Shown piece by piece: positions 35,285-54,375 of a stretch of 64,000 bases of DNA (its first letter is position 1; each line of letters starts with the position of its first letter). The position numbers and the translations under genes are program-made. The stretch is from the NCBI RefSeq assembly GCF_009914755.1, contig NC_060925.1; one strand, written 5' to 3'. The stretch is from the human T2T-CHM13v2.0 reference genome, Homo sapiens. The notes beneath the pieces were generated by a model. It searched no databases, was not told the DNA's origin, and was given only the letters and a program-made list of their open reading frames with translations.

Positions 35285-35964
35285 TGACCTTTCTTTCAAT
35301 CCTGCCAAAGTAATGAAATAATACAAAGCTCCTAGCATTGTGTAACTATTTCTATTATTTTTTCATAAAACTAGCATTGTCTTTAAGATTCCTATTTTCT
35401 CTCTTATTTATAATAGTATGAATTCACTAACAATATTTGTATTATGCTCAAATCAAATAGCCTATGACGATAATGTGACTTGGTCAGACCTTTCCAAATA
35501 AGACAGTAGGAAAAACGGAACTAGGACGGCCTTGTTACTTTTTGTAACACGTTTTTCTTAAAGGAAAAATAATCTGATTAAACTTAAAAATTCTCTACAT
35601 CCACATAGTTATTAAGCAAAAGGCCTAGAGATCGTTACGGTAAAATTCACCTTCAATTTAAGTCTATGCTCCTGCCAGAATTTCACCCTCTGGCTCAATT
35701 TTCCAGGCCTAATACTGATTCTATGAGAATGTAAACTCCAACGGTACTTGAGTGCAAAACACCCAGGAAAATCTCATCGTCCAAGAGCTCAACGTAAAAC
35801 CCTGTAAATATTCAAATGAAGAGCGTTTTGTATACGAGAAATATAAGTAAAGGTCTGGGAAACCACACACTATGGATCTTTCATCCAAACAAAGGCTGCA
35901 GATGGACAGAAGGTAAGGGGTAACCTCTCAGTCAAGATCAAACATTGGTCGAAGAAAAATTCCA

Positions 35965-36790
35965 GGGACGATGACACCTCGGTTTTTCCGTTCACAACAA
36001 CAAACAACGGGGCCGGCCCCCTCAACAGCGCCGAAAAGCGAAACCAGAACCCAGGAGCCGGCGCGCTGCAGGGCTTTCAGTCACCCACTGAGAGGGACTG
36101 GCAAGCCTGAGTGGGGAGACCGAGGAAGGGAGCAGAGCCCCCGCTTCTCGGGCTCACCTGCACCTCCCGCTTCCAGGGAAGAACCCCTGAGGACCCTTCC
36201 TCAAATCAACGACCGGTTCCCATCCTCCACCGACCGTTGACAGGGCGACCACTAGATTATCTCTGCAACGCAGAGCACCGAGGGGCCAAGGCCTTCTTCC
36301 CGCCCGCGAACCCGCCGCCACCCAGGACCAAGAAAAAGAGGCTGCTGCAGCGGCCGCAACCCCAGCGCGCGGAAGCGAGAACAGAGACCGGACCCCGGAC
36401 GCGAGCGAAACGCCCTTGGGCCCCGCGCCCCTCCCAGCAGCGCCGCGCTCACCTCCACGGCCTGGCCCGCGGGACCCGCCAGCTCGACCAACAACGGCCT
36501 GCAGCCGCACCTCCGCAAGCTCCTCTTTTCCTTCTCAGCTCTCGGAGAGGGGCAGTGTCGCGTCAGGAGGGCCGGAAAACGGCCCCGCAGCGCTGCCCTC
36601 GGGGGGTCCGCCTCCTGAACTGGCCACTTCCCGCAGCAGCCGCGGCTCCTTCCGGTGTCTCCGGGGCCGCCGCAGGCGTCTCCGGCGATAGGGGAGGTGG
36701 GGGCGGAGCCTCGATGGGAGCCCGCCCCAGGGGCGGGGCCACGGGAGCCAGGCCCAGGTGCGGGGACCCAGGCCGGCTCCCTACTCTGAC
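35965..36790. promoter_or_regulatory. USP33 CpG-island promoter with Sp1 GC boxes (~36700, ~36730) and ETS-type CTTCCGG (~36649)
   Basis: Abrupt GC/CpG enrichment; ggggcggagc, ggggcggggc, ccttccggt motifs. Confidence 0.9.
36453..36690 (-). other. USP33: USP33 non-coding first exon (TSS approximate)
   Basis: GAG|gtgagc donor at 36453/36452 inside the CpG island; GC boxes just upstream. Confidence 0.75.
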
Positions 36791-37576
36791 TGCAAACTAA
36801 CTGTACAGGGTATGTGCAGCAGTTTGAGGCTGTGAGCTTTTTTTTTTTCGTTTTTCACATGTTTTCTCCTTCTCTTTCACAGTCACACACTACGACCATT
36901 ATAAGGTCTTGTCTCGATGCATTACAAAAACTGCATTAAGGCTGGCCACTGAAGGGCCTCAGGTTTCCAAACTTGAGCAAAGAAATATTAGACTTAACTT
37001 ATCCCAATTCAACATTGTATTTCCTCCTTTCATCTTTCTTCCCCCAACTTCTTAGGACCTAGATTCTCTGAAAGCAATTATGTTTCCCTTTTCCACCTAT
37101 GCAAAGAAGAAATTTATCTCACCATTTTCTCCTTAGGCTAAAATCAAGAGGATCAAATCAAATATTTATTGAAACCTTAGTATCTGCTTAATGCCTGGAG
37201 CATGGAAGGAGTCCTGCCTTCTAATTATGTAACTGTTAAAATGCACTCGATTGAGGTTCAAATCTATGAATAAAAAAGGTTATATTAATAAAAAATTGTT
37301 AAAATTGCCAGTTTCAATCTGTCTCATGACATCTGACTTTTTGGTCTCCAAAATGGGAGCATGTACCAAAGTATCATGCAAGATGCTCAGTCTCCATTGG
37401 AATAGGTAGAAAATATAAAAGCTTCTACTTATTTTTATGGTAAAAATGAAATAAATTAACCATGATACAAAATTCTAGGTAGGGATTGACACTCAGGCCT
37501 CAATTTGCACCACAAATGATTGCCTATCCTCGGTTCACTGAGGAGAATAGAAATTTCACAGAATAGAAGTTTCACA

Positions 37577-38202
37577 GGCAGGCGCCATGGTTCATGCCTG
37601 TAATCCCAGCACTTTGGGAGGCCGAGGCGGGTGAATCACTTGAGTTCGAGACTAGCCTGGGCAACATGGCGAAACCCCATTTCTACTAAAAATACAAAAA
37701 TTCGCCAGGCATGGTGACAGGCACCTGTAGTCCCAGCTACTCAAGAGGCTAAGAGTGGAGGATCACTTGAGACCAGGAGTTTGAGGTTGCAGTGAGCCAT
37801 GATTGTGCCACTGCACTTCAGCCTGGGTGACAAAGTGAGATATTCTCTGGGAAAAAAAAAAAAAGATGCCGTTAGGAGATGAAAAGTTGTCTCCAGCCGG
37901 GCACAGAGCCTCACACCTGTAATCCCAGCATTTTGGGAGGCCAAGGCGGGTGGATTACCTGAGGTCAGGAGTTCAAGACCAGCCTGACCAACATGGTGAA
38001 ACCCCCATCTCTACGAAAAATACAAAAATTAGCCAGGTGTGGTGGCGCGTGCCTGTAATCCCAGCCACTCAGGAGGCTGAGGCAGGAGAATTACTTGAAC
38101 CCAGGAGGCAGAGGTTGCAGTGAGCCAAGATAGAGCCACTGAACTCCAGCCTGGGCAACAGAGGAGGACCCTGTCTCAAAAAAAAAAAAAAAAAAAAAAA
38201 AA
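37577..38202 (+). repeat. Two tandem Alus (37577-37865, 37895-38202)
   Basis: Alu consensus matches. Confidence 0.88.
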
Positions 38203-38982
38203 GCTGTCCACAGAGGAGATCTACAGAAGAAAAAAAAAGAAGAGAGACAGAGAGAGAAGAAAAGTTAGGCCAGCAAATAGAATTTATTTGAAATACATAT
38301 AATTGAAAAGGGGCTCAACTCCATATGTATTTCCAGAAATCAATTTTTAAAAAAACAGGCGACCAAATAGAAAAATAGACAAAAGTCACTTCCCCAGAAA
38401 TTCTTCTATTGAAAATGTATCAGGGGTATTCTGTTCTTACAGTGTCCTAGCAAATTCAATTCAGCCTCCAAGTCCCACCACCATCCTGCTTAGTAACCAA
38501 GGTTCTCTCTGGGCTTACCTGTCCTGGAGGAGTTCTAGGGCAGTGTCAATGCAAGGAAGACAACTGACAAGGCTGTTCAAGATCACCAGGTGCGGTGGCT
38601 CATGCCTGTAATCCCAGCACTTTGGGAGGCCCAGCAGGGCAGATCACCTGAGATCGGGAGTTTGAGACTAGTGCGTAGATAATAGTAGGCAAGTACTTCT
38701 CAGGTGGACACCAAGTGAAGTCCTTGCAGTGGACAAGTTCTCACAAAACAAACTCACTCTGATAGAATATAATGTAATACCTCTCCCACTTTTAACTTCC
38801 GTGAATTCCTGCCTCCCACCCTTGGGTGTTTATCCTTTCATCCCACAGTCCAGATTGCTTATCTTTTACTTTTCTTCAAACAATATCTCCTGATGGCTTA
38901 TAATGGCTTATAAGGAAGAACACTATCATTAGGAAATAAATCAATCAACTTCCCCTTGAGAGAATAGATTATACATTCCAAA

Positions 38983-39082
38983 GTGTGGACACCCAGCTGA
39001 GTCACTGATTCTGGAGTAGAATTCTAGAGGGTGTGTGGACACCCAGCTGAGTCATACTGATTCTGGAACAGAATTCTAGAGG
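38983..39082. repeat. ~50-bp imperfect tandem duplication
   Basis: gtgtggacacccagctgagtca..ctgattctgga..gaattctagagg twice. Confidence 0.9.
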
Positions 39083-39145
39083 TGCCGTTCATGGAGAATA
39101 TAATGTAAATAGTATGACTTAGAGTTGTGCATCAGGCCAGGTACT

Positions 39146-39277
39146 GAAGTCTCTTCTAATGAAAGGGAGAAAAAAGAAGAAATGAAGAGTAGGAAGAAAA
39201 AGAAGAAAAGAAGTCTCTTCTAATGAAAGGGAGAAAAAAGAAGAAATGAAGAGTAGGAAGAAAAAGAAGAAAAGAAG
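39146..39277. repeat. Perfect 64-bp purine-rich tandem duplication
   Basis: Identical copies at 39146-39209 and 39210-39273. Confidence 0.95.
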
Positions 39278-39900
39278 GAGAGATACAAACAGGGAGGGAG
39301 GAAGACAATTGAATGGTCCTATCAAAAACAAATACCTTCTCATTTTTGTAACTGAGTAATGGCAAGTAAAAAATAGCAACGTAGAAAATATACATTTTGG
39401 TGCTTATGTACCTGAGACTAAATAAAGCTTTGTAAATGCTGTTTCCTTAGAGACAATTTTACAGATACTCCCAACCTCTATCCTTCCTTCACCTGGCTAA
39501 CTCCTACCTAGATATTCTCTGTTTAATACAGAACTCTTTACCCCATTATTTCCGGTTTCAGCATCCTGCTTGCTTCCTTTAGAGAATGTATTATAATTTG
39601 TAATTATCTTAAATTTTTTGGTATACTTAATTTTTTGCCTGTCTCTCCTGAACTCCTCAATGGGAGCAGTGAGTATTTATCTTATTCACAATATTCCCAG
39701 AGCCTAGCATTGAAGGACTCAAAAACTTGTTGGCACTCAACTGGGGGTGGTTTTGTCCCCTGAGTGGATAGTTGGCAATATTTCTGAAGAGGATTGGTGG
39801 GAGAAAGAATTAGTAACATTCCTTTGCATTGATATTACAAGAGAGTCCCAGACATCATTAATGCCACTATTGAGAAACTCTGATTTAAGCTGGGGCTTTA

Positions 39901-40926
<1,026 letters not shown>

Positions 40927-41364
40927 GTCCTCCAGTAATTTTCTAGTAATAAAAAAAAGTGGCCTTTTGCCCCTAGTATTAGAAAAAAATCCTGTCCAGT
41001 GCAATATCAAAAATTCTCTGCCATTTCCTCTACCTTGTTCTCCCTTCTCCCTGGCTTATTGGCTTTTTGTTTTGTGCCCCTCCACAGTTGAAGAAGACAA
41101 GAACAGAAAGGATCTTTCTGGACTGACACAGTTTTAGCAGTCAGTGACTTTTGGGAGTGGCTGAGGTCTGAAGCTGACTCTTTCTCTCATGGAGTCCATC
41201 ACTGGAACCCTCACCTACAGTCTCTTGGCTCAGCAATGTATCTTCTGGATGGCCACCTATGACCTAGTCCTTAGTCCCCTGATTTCCAGGGATCCTCTCA
41301 CCCAAACTGACAGTCCTTTTGGACAGACATTTTCAAGGTGACCCAGTCCAAATCTCTTACATGA

Positions 41365-41768
<404 letters not shown>

Positions 41769-42022
41769 TGATTTAGAACTTTTCAAATGTACATCAGTTA
41801 CCAGATATCATCTCTGTAAGATTCAAGGGGCACATCTCATCTTTTCCAAATGGTTCTCTTGAAGCCCCTCAGACTTGGCTTGAGATGAGACAGAAGCACC
41901 TATTTCCCCACCCATCATGGAGGTATCTTAACTTAAGATGTGTAATTTGGCACTGACATTTGAAGTCTCTGCCAAGAATCTGTTATCATCTATTCACTCT
42001 TAGAGTAACGATTCAGGTTACC

Positions 42023-42248
42023 CTAGCTCAAAGTTTCTAAAAAATGACGCGACACGGACATTTTGGATTAAATAATTCTTTGTTGTGGAGGGTGGTTCCT
42101 GTGCACTGAAGGATATTTAGCAGCATCTTTAGTCTTTACCTACTAGATCCCAGCAGCACCTCCTCCAGTGATAACAAACAAAAATGTCTCCAAACATTGC
42201 CAAAAGTCACCCAAGGGGCAAAATCACACCCAGTTGAGAATTGGTGCT
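42023..42248 (+). mobile_element. MER20 (hAT-Charlie)
   Basis: ataattctttgttgtgg..aaaaatgtctcc..ggggcaaaatcac..gttgagaa. Confidence 0.75.
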
Positions 42249-42544
42249 CTAGTTTAGGCTAGTGCTTCTCAGAGTTTTCTTAGATTATCAGATCAGGTCA
42301 TTTAGAAAATTATAATACACTGGGATCAATAGACAAGGATGCTTGCTGTTAGAGGTTTCCAGCAGGGATCACTGCCTTGGCATACCTGTAAGCCACTTGA
42401 AGCCCATAGGTGAACTGGGATACAGAATTTGGATGCCCTAACTTTGGCAAAAAGGAGGTTTACTGGCTTATAGAATCCAAGGAATGATAGCTAGAACCAG
42501 GGACTCAAACATTGCAAGGGCTTTCTAATCTCTTTACCACTCCC

Positions 42545-42847
42545 TTTTTTTTTTTTTTTTTTTTTGAGGTAGGGTATCGCTGTGTCACCCAAACTGAAGT
42601 GCAGTGGCACAATCATGGCTTACTGCAGCCTTGACCTCCTGGGTTCAAGCAATCTTCTCGTCTCAGCCCCCCAAGAAGCTTGGACTACAAGTGCACTCCA
42701 CCACGCCTGGCTAATTTTTGTATTTTTTATAGAGATGGGTTTTCGCCATGTTGCGCAGGTTGGTTTCATACTCCTGGGCTCAGGTGGTCTGCCTGCCGTG
42801 GCGTCCCAAAGTGCTGGGATTACAGGTGTGAGCCACAGTACCTGGCC
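42545..42847 (-). repeat. AluJ
   Basis: Alu consensus match. Confidence 0.88.
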
Positions 42848-44398
42848 CGTCACTCACTTTCTAATTTGCCATCTTATAGTTTTCTCCAAAAGCAGAGTTC
42901 CCGGTTTAAAAAAAATCCCAAAGAAGGGATTTACTATCTTCACCTGGGTCCAGTGCCTGTCCAAGAGCATTCAGCCAGAGGGTCAGTGTCATGGAAGAAC
43001 AGGGCACCTTCCATGACAATCAAGTAGATGAATGGAAGACACAATATCATAGATAGCCAATACTGGCTTACAGGCCAAGAAAAATTTCTTACTTGGCCCA
43101 CCTCGCACTCCCGAAGTGCTAGGATTATAGATGTAAGTCACTGTGCCTCGCTGAACACAGGCCTTTTTTTGGAGTAGCACAGCATTCTCATAACTACTGA
43201 GGCAATGCAGTGAAAATATGCTCTAGGTCATTTTCCAGCTTCAGATCTCCAGATTTTACCATTTTCACAATCTTTTCAAGCCTCAATTTCTTGATCTTAA
43301 AAATGGCAATAATTTTTTTAATAACAGCTTTATTGAGATATATACACATACCATACAATTCATCCATTTAAAGTCTACACCTCAATGGTTTTCAAGTGTA
43401 CACTTCCAGAGGAGGAGAGACATTTTTGGCAGAGGGAGGAGAATAGGCAAAGGCACATCAGCAAGAAAGAATATACTGCAATTGGGAACTTACAAGGGGT
43501 CAGTATTGCTAAGTAAAGATTGAGAGCAGGGGATAGGGGAAAAGACTATACAAGAGAGGCAGATCATAAGTGGCCTTGTCTGCTAAGTAGTTTTTCTTCT
43601 AAGGATACAAATAACTTTGGGAAAGAAAGCAACACAATGAGATTTACATATTGGATTACTTGGATGGTAATGACTGAAATAGAGTAGAGACAGGCTACTT
43701 ATTGTAGAATCCAGACAAGGGAAGGTAAGGGCCTAGCAGTGGAGATGGTAATGAGAGTTACTTAGGAGTCTAAAATAACAGACTTTTAATTGACTGCATG
43801 GGAGATGGAGCCTAGGAGGGCTCCTCTGTACAGATCCTCTAAATTCTTACCTGGGTTATTTTAATAGCTTCCTCACATGTCTTTCCGACTCTATTCTCAG
43901 TCTCCTTTAGTCCAATGCCATACTTCTAAACATAACTTTCTAAAACCTGTATCTAGTCATGTAAGTCTTCAATGACTCTTCCCTGCTCCCAAAGAGTTTT
44001 TTTCTCACCAAGGTCCTAGGATGAGGCAAATAAGTTGCCTAGAATGCAATATCTAAGAACCCTATATTTGCAGGAACCAGCAAATACTTCTAACTGTATG
44101 CCCTAGGCACCTTGCTTGCTTCCTAGGTCCTCATGGCCTTAGTTTGACCCAAATTTACTCCACCTACCTAGTATTTTGCTATGCCCAATCAAACACCCTG
44201 TCCTCAAGCTACTCTAACTTATATTTCGTTTTTCTGAAAGGCAAAACATTTGCTTGTGCCTCTCCTACTTAGTGCAACTTTACTTATACAGGGAATGCCT
44301 TTTCTCTCAAAAGTGAACTCCATTCCATTCATCCTTTAAAGGGACACCTTCTGGGGCAGCCATGTTCAACCCTTTGAATGCAACAACTTTTTTGCTGA

Positions 44399-44740
<342 letters not shown>

Positions 44741-44749
44741 TTCACGGAA

Positions 44750-44870
44750 CATTTTTTTTTTTTTTTTTTAGCTCATCAGCTATCGTTAGTGTTAGTATAT
44801 TTTATGTATGGCCCAACGCCATTCTTCTTCCAGTGTGGCCCAGGGAAGCCAAAAGGATGGATACCCGTGT
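44750..44870 (-). mobile_element. MER30 fragment
   Basis: gctcatcagctatcgttagtgttag..ggcccagggaagccaaaag. Confidence 0.7.
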
Positions 44871-45537
44871 CCTAGGGGAAGCCTCTTCTGACTTTTCTGT
44901 GCTGTGTGGGCCTTTCCTTGCATTCTGTACCATGTTCCTTAGTGATTATTACTGCTGCTTGATTATACAATATAACCTGTAATGTCATTATTACACATAG
45001 CAGTGATTTGTTCACTTTTCCATTTCCTGAACCAAGCTGTGGGCAGGAATTTTTCTTACTCATTCTAGTATTTCCAGCTTTCAGCACACCACAAGGCACG
45101 ATGTAAGAAATGAACAAATCAATAAACCTATTACTGAAAAAGACGAATGAATGGGAAAATATGAAAGAATTACAAGATACATTTTTTAACTTAGAGAAGC
45201 AGTAATTTTCTTGTACTTCTCAAAATTTCCATCATTTAAATGTATACACAGCAGATGCAGCTCTTTTTAAAAAATAAGTTTAGAAATGACACACGGTTTT
45301 CTAGGGTTTTGAAGTCGTAAGATTTTTTAGAAATGCAAAATATGAACTCTTGTTTCTTGGTAGTTTAATTTAAATTTTATGTTCTTTATGTTAAAGTAAC
45401 TTTAGAATAAACTTACTTGCCTAAACTCTTACTTGAAAAATCTCTGTGGTGTCTATTAGTTATTTTACATTTTGATGTAAATACCTTCCAATAGAACACA
45501 GATGTCTCTCTCTCTCTCTCTCTTTGAAAAAGGATCA

Positions 45538-45825
45538 AACTGGGAGGATAACTTGAGGTCAGGAGTTCGAGACCAGCCTGGCCAACATGGAGAAACCCTG
45601 TCTGTACAAAAAATACAAAAATTAGCCGGGCATGGTGGCATGTACCTGTAGTCCCAGCTACTCAAGAGGCTCAGGCGGGAGGATTGCTTGAGCCCAGGAG
45701 GCAGAGGTTGCAGAGAGCTGAGATCACATCACTGCACTACAGCCTAGGTGACAGAAGGAAACTCCGTCTCAAAAATAAGTAAATAAATAAAAATAAACAA
45801 TAAAAATAAAAAATAAATAAATAAA
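45538..45825 (+). repeat. 5'-truncated Alu
   Basis: Alu match with (AAAT)n tail. Confidence 0.8.
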
Positions 45826-46004
45826 TTTAGAACATTTTCACCATTCCCGAAAGAAACCCTGTATCCTTCTGCAGTCACTTAAATTTCCCCTCAACTCTCC
45901 CAGCTCTAGGCAATCACTATGCTGCTTCCTCTTTGTATAGATTTGCCTATTCTGGACATTGCATATAATTAGAACCATATACAATATACAGTCTTTGTAA
46001 CAGG

Positions 46005-46310
46005 CTTTTTTTTTTTTTTTTTTTTTTTTTGAGACAGAGTCTCCCTCTGTCGTCCAGGCTGGAGTGCAGTGGTGCAGTCTTGGCCACTGCAACCTCCACC
46101 TCCTGAGTTCAAGCCATTCTCCTGCCTCAGCCTCCCAAGTAGCTGGGACTACAGGTGCACACCACCATGCCCGACTAATTGTTATATTTTTAGTAGAGAT
46201 GGGGTTTCACCATGTTGACCAGGCTGGTCTTGAACTTCTAACCTCAAATGATCTGCCCACCTCCACCTCCCAAAGTGCTGGGATTACAGGCGTGAGCCAC
46301 CGTGCCCCAC
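46005..46310 (-). repeat. AluS
   Basis: Alu consensus match. Confidence 0.88.
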
Positions 46311-46494
46311 CTGACAGGCTTCTTTACTTAACATAATGTTTTAAAGATTCGTCCATGTTATAACATTTATCAGTTCATTATTCCTTTTTATGACCAAATA
46401 ATATCACATGAATATATCACATTTTATTTATTCATTCATCAGTTGATGGACATTTGAGTTGTTTCTATGTTTTGGCCATTAAGAATACTGCTGA

Positions 46495-47128
<634 letters not shown>

Positions 47129-47687
47129 TCATGTACAAGTTTTGGTATGAACGTATGTTTCATTTCTCTTGGGTATTACCTAGGAGTAGAATTGCTGGAC
47201 CATATGCTAACTCTGTATTTAACGTTTTGAGGAACTGAATCTGTAGTATTTGGATATGTACATACCACTATACTCTGAATAGATGTTCTAAATTAGCATC
47301 TAAAACCATACTTTGAGTTCTAGATGCCTTGGTTAGCTTAGTTCTGACTCATAGAAGGGTCCTGTAAAATACTTTCAGAGGTTAGTGAGACTAAAGCTAT
47401 AATGGCCAATATGTGACCTATAGCATTGTATATATTTGAAAGGAGGCCCTGAGGTATTTCTGGGGACTGCCAAGTTTTTGCAGTTAGTAGAAAAAGTAAT
47501 TGGAGCTACAAATTACCTAAAAGTGTTCATCTACTTAGGTGATATAATTGCTTTTACAACCTCAATGTGCTAGACTTCTTTCTTCAGGCTTAATGTCGTC
47601 ACTTGATAAATGTTGTTTCCACTAATCAATCATTCATGAAGTACATTGGCCACATATTGTTTCAGATGGAATGAGCAGTGACCCTAA

Positions 47688-47992
<305 letters not shown>

Positions 47993-48056
47993 GACCCTAA
48001 CTATTCTAAATAAAGTATCAGATATACCCAACCAGTGCAATTAAATCTGACTTTGA

Positions 48057-48827
<771 letters not shown>

Positions 48828-49192
48828 TTAGATGGTCAATTTAAACCTGGTTTGAAGATACAACCTTCTAATATAATTCAAGCCTGGCTACATTCTGTGA
48901 CACTCACATGGTCCACAGGAAAATTTTTCTTGCAAAGTTGCAAGTACAGGCCCCTTCTGTTGTAGGCCTCTCTCTCTCTCTGTTCTGCCATCAAAGGCTT
49001 CTCTAGATAGCCTATTGCTTTTAGACTTTTCCAGGTAACATAAATCCAGGGCACAGAGTCAACCTGTCTGAATTTCTTAAAGTTCCTTTACTTGGCTTGA
49101 GGTGGAGATGGCGTGGGATAAGCACTCTCTTCTTCCCACTCCTGGGGAAGGGGAACAAAAATGCACAGCACTCCAGAAAACTGTCTCCCAGG

Positions 49193-49574
<382 letters not shown>

Positions 49575-49774
49575 TGAGAACTGAGGATTGCTAAACTGGC
49601 TTCACAGTCTTCCAGCATGTCCTATGGGGATGGTCTGGCATCCTCTTTTAGAATGCTCAGGGTACTTCACATTTATTTTTCTCAGCTTTGGAGCCTCTGT
49701 TAAAAGACGCACTGAAGGGTCTCATTTAATATGCCATATATCTTAGAAATATGTGCCAGGATTGTTCTATGTTC

Positions 49775-51731
<1,957 letters not shown>

Positions 51732-51928
51732 CTGTTCTACATTCTTAACCTTTTTTTTTTATGGACCTCTTGGCTTTCTGGTAGAGTCTGGGACCCCCTT
51801 TTCAAAGTAATGCTTCTATGTGCATAAAACAAATACATGGGATTACAAGGCAAACCAACTATATTGAAATACAGTTGCCTCCTTGGATCCTATGGAGGTC
51901 CAAGTACTCAAGTGAAAAATTTCCATAA

Positions 51929-52556
<628 letters not shown>

Positions 52557-52651
52557 TATATTTGTCTTTCTAACATGCCAGGAGGAAATTGAGACATGAA
52601 AAGGGTAAGTACCTTGCTGAAGACCACTGTGACATAAAAAATACATATTTG

Positions 52652-53050
52652 GGCCAGGCACTGTGTCTCACACCTATAATCCCAACATTTTGGGAGGCTG
52701 AGGTGGGAGGATCACTTGAGCCCAGGAGTTTGAGACCAGGCCCTGGCAACATAGGGAGACATTGTCTCTACTAAAATTTTAAAAATTAACTGGGCATGGT
52801 GGCAAGTGCCTGTAGTCCTGGCCACTCAGAAGACTGAAGCAGGAAGATCACTTGAGCCCAGGAGTTCTAGGCTGCAGTGAGCTATGATCACACTACTTCA
52901 GTGCAGCCTGGGCAATAAAGTGAGATCCTGTATCAAAGCAAGAAAGAAAGAAAGAGAGAAAGAGACAAAGAAAGAAAGAAGGAAGGAAGGAAGGAAGGAA
53001 GGAAGGAAGGAAGGAAGGAAGGAAGGCGGGCGGGCAGGCAGGCAGGCAAA
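52652..53050 (+). repeat. AluJ with (GAAA)/(GAAG)n/(GGCA)n microsatellite tail
   Basis: Alu match; gaag repeats ~52978-53025. Confidence 0.88.
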
Positions 53051-53089
53051 CGAGACAGACAGAAGGAAAAGAAACAAAGAAAGAAAAGA

Positions 53090-54375
53090 TATATATTTGC
53101 TCTCTGTCCCCAGTCCTGACACAGAGCTCCTAAATCTCTTGGAATTTCCCGGTTGATAGGAGTGTCTTTTTTTCTAATATTCTTGTTGGGCTCCTGGATA
53201 GCTTCAGGATAGGGGCTGGTCACCAGCAAATTCAAGCTATGATTAGAAGCTTAAAAATGTTGGCCCCATACCTACCCTATCCTCTGTGGAGGAGAGAGTA
53301 GTTGAAGATTGAGTTAATAATCAATTATGGTTACATTGTCAGAGGGTTCAAACCAGAGCGACTCCGTTTTGAGTGCGGGCTAGGAAAATGAGGCTGGGAC
53401 TTGCTGGGCTGCATTCCCAGAAAGTTAGGCATTTCTAGCTTCTAAACATTTACAGTTAAGGGAACAGATTGATAATGTTTACTAAACAGACCCAGACTTG
53501 GGAGTGTCCTGATGTCCCTGATACCTTGAGAGCAAAAGCATTCCTAATTTTGCTTTAAAGATAATAATATTAATTCTTGCAAAATATGGTAATTAAGAAA
53601 ATTAATCTTTTACCACAAACCCTCGTAGCAGAGCACATCTTCCCATGATCTTTTTTTTTTTAACTCCTCTATAAATGAATATTGTACCTAGAGTGGATGC
53701 ATTCCTCTTCTTCCTTTTGGGAACGCCCTACTCTGTCTATAGAGTAAGTGGACATTCACCACTTCACTGTCTTAAACTTGCTTTTGCTTTGGACTGTGGA
53801 CTTGCCCTGAATTCTTTCTTGTGCGAAATCCAAGCACCCTCTCTTGGGATCTGGATTGGTACCCCTTTCTGGTAACAACATTATGAAGCCTCCACAGAAA
53901 TCCCTGAAGTACGGGGTTCTAAGAGCTTCTGAGTTGGTGAACACATCCATATCCCAAAAAGGTCATACACCCTGATTCCATGGGGACAGAAGTTCCCGCA
54001 CTTAGGATCCTTCCAGATCTTGTTTTATGTACCTCTTCATCCGGCTGTTCATCTGTATCCTTTGTAATATCTTCTGTTATAAATCAATAGACTGGTTTGG
54101 GATGGGAGGAGAAGATTGTGGGAATTCCTGATTTATAGCTGGTTGGTCAGAAGTACAAGTGACAACCTGGGATTTGCAATTGGTATCTGAAGTGGGGGCA
54201 GTCTTGTAGGACTGAGCCCTTAAGGGTTTGGTGCATAGTATTGAATTAAATTTAACTGTACAACACCCAGTTGGTAGACACTAAATTAAAGAGTGGAGTT
54301 TATAATAAGAAATAATTGGAGACTTGTTTGGTGGGGAAAAACCTCCACACATTTGGAGTCAGAAGTGTTGAAACT
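53090..54375. mobile_element. MER21-like LTR interrupted by the MER41 LTR
   Basis: cagagctcctaaatctcttggaatttcc, ggggacagaagttcc, ggaaaaacctccacacatttgg motifs on both sides of MER41. Confidence 0.6.
53337..53877 (+). mobile_element. MER41-family (ERV1) solo LTR
   Basis: TG..CA ends (tgtcagagg...ggtaaca), 4-bp TSD acat at 53333 and 53878. Confidence 0.85.

Noticed and set aside
35971-36800. Several 88-229 aa ORFs over the USP33 CpG island
   Set aside because: Stop-poor GC-rich sequence; low-complexity R/P/A/G peptides, mostly non-ATG starts
38983-39277. Direct repeats as a CRISPR-like array
   Set aside because: Two-copy tandem duplications without spacers, in human DNA
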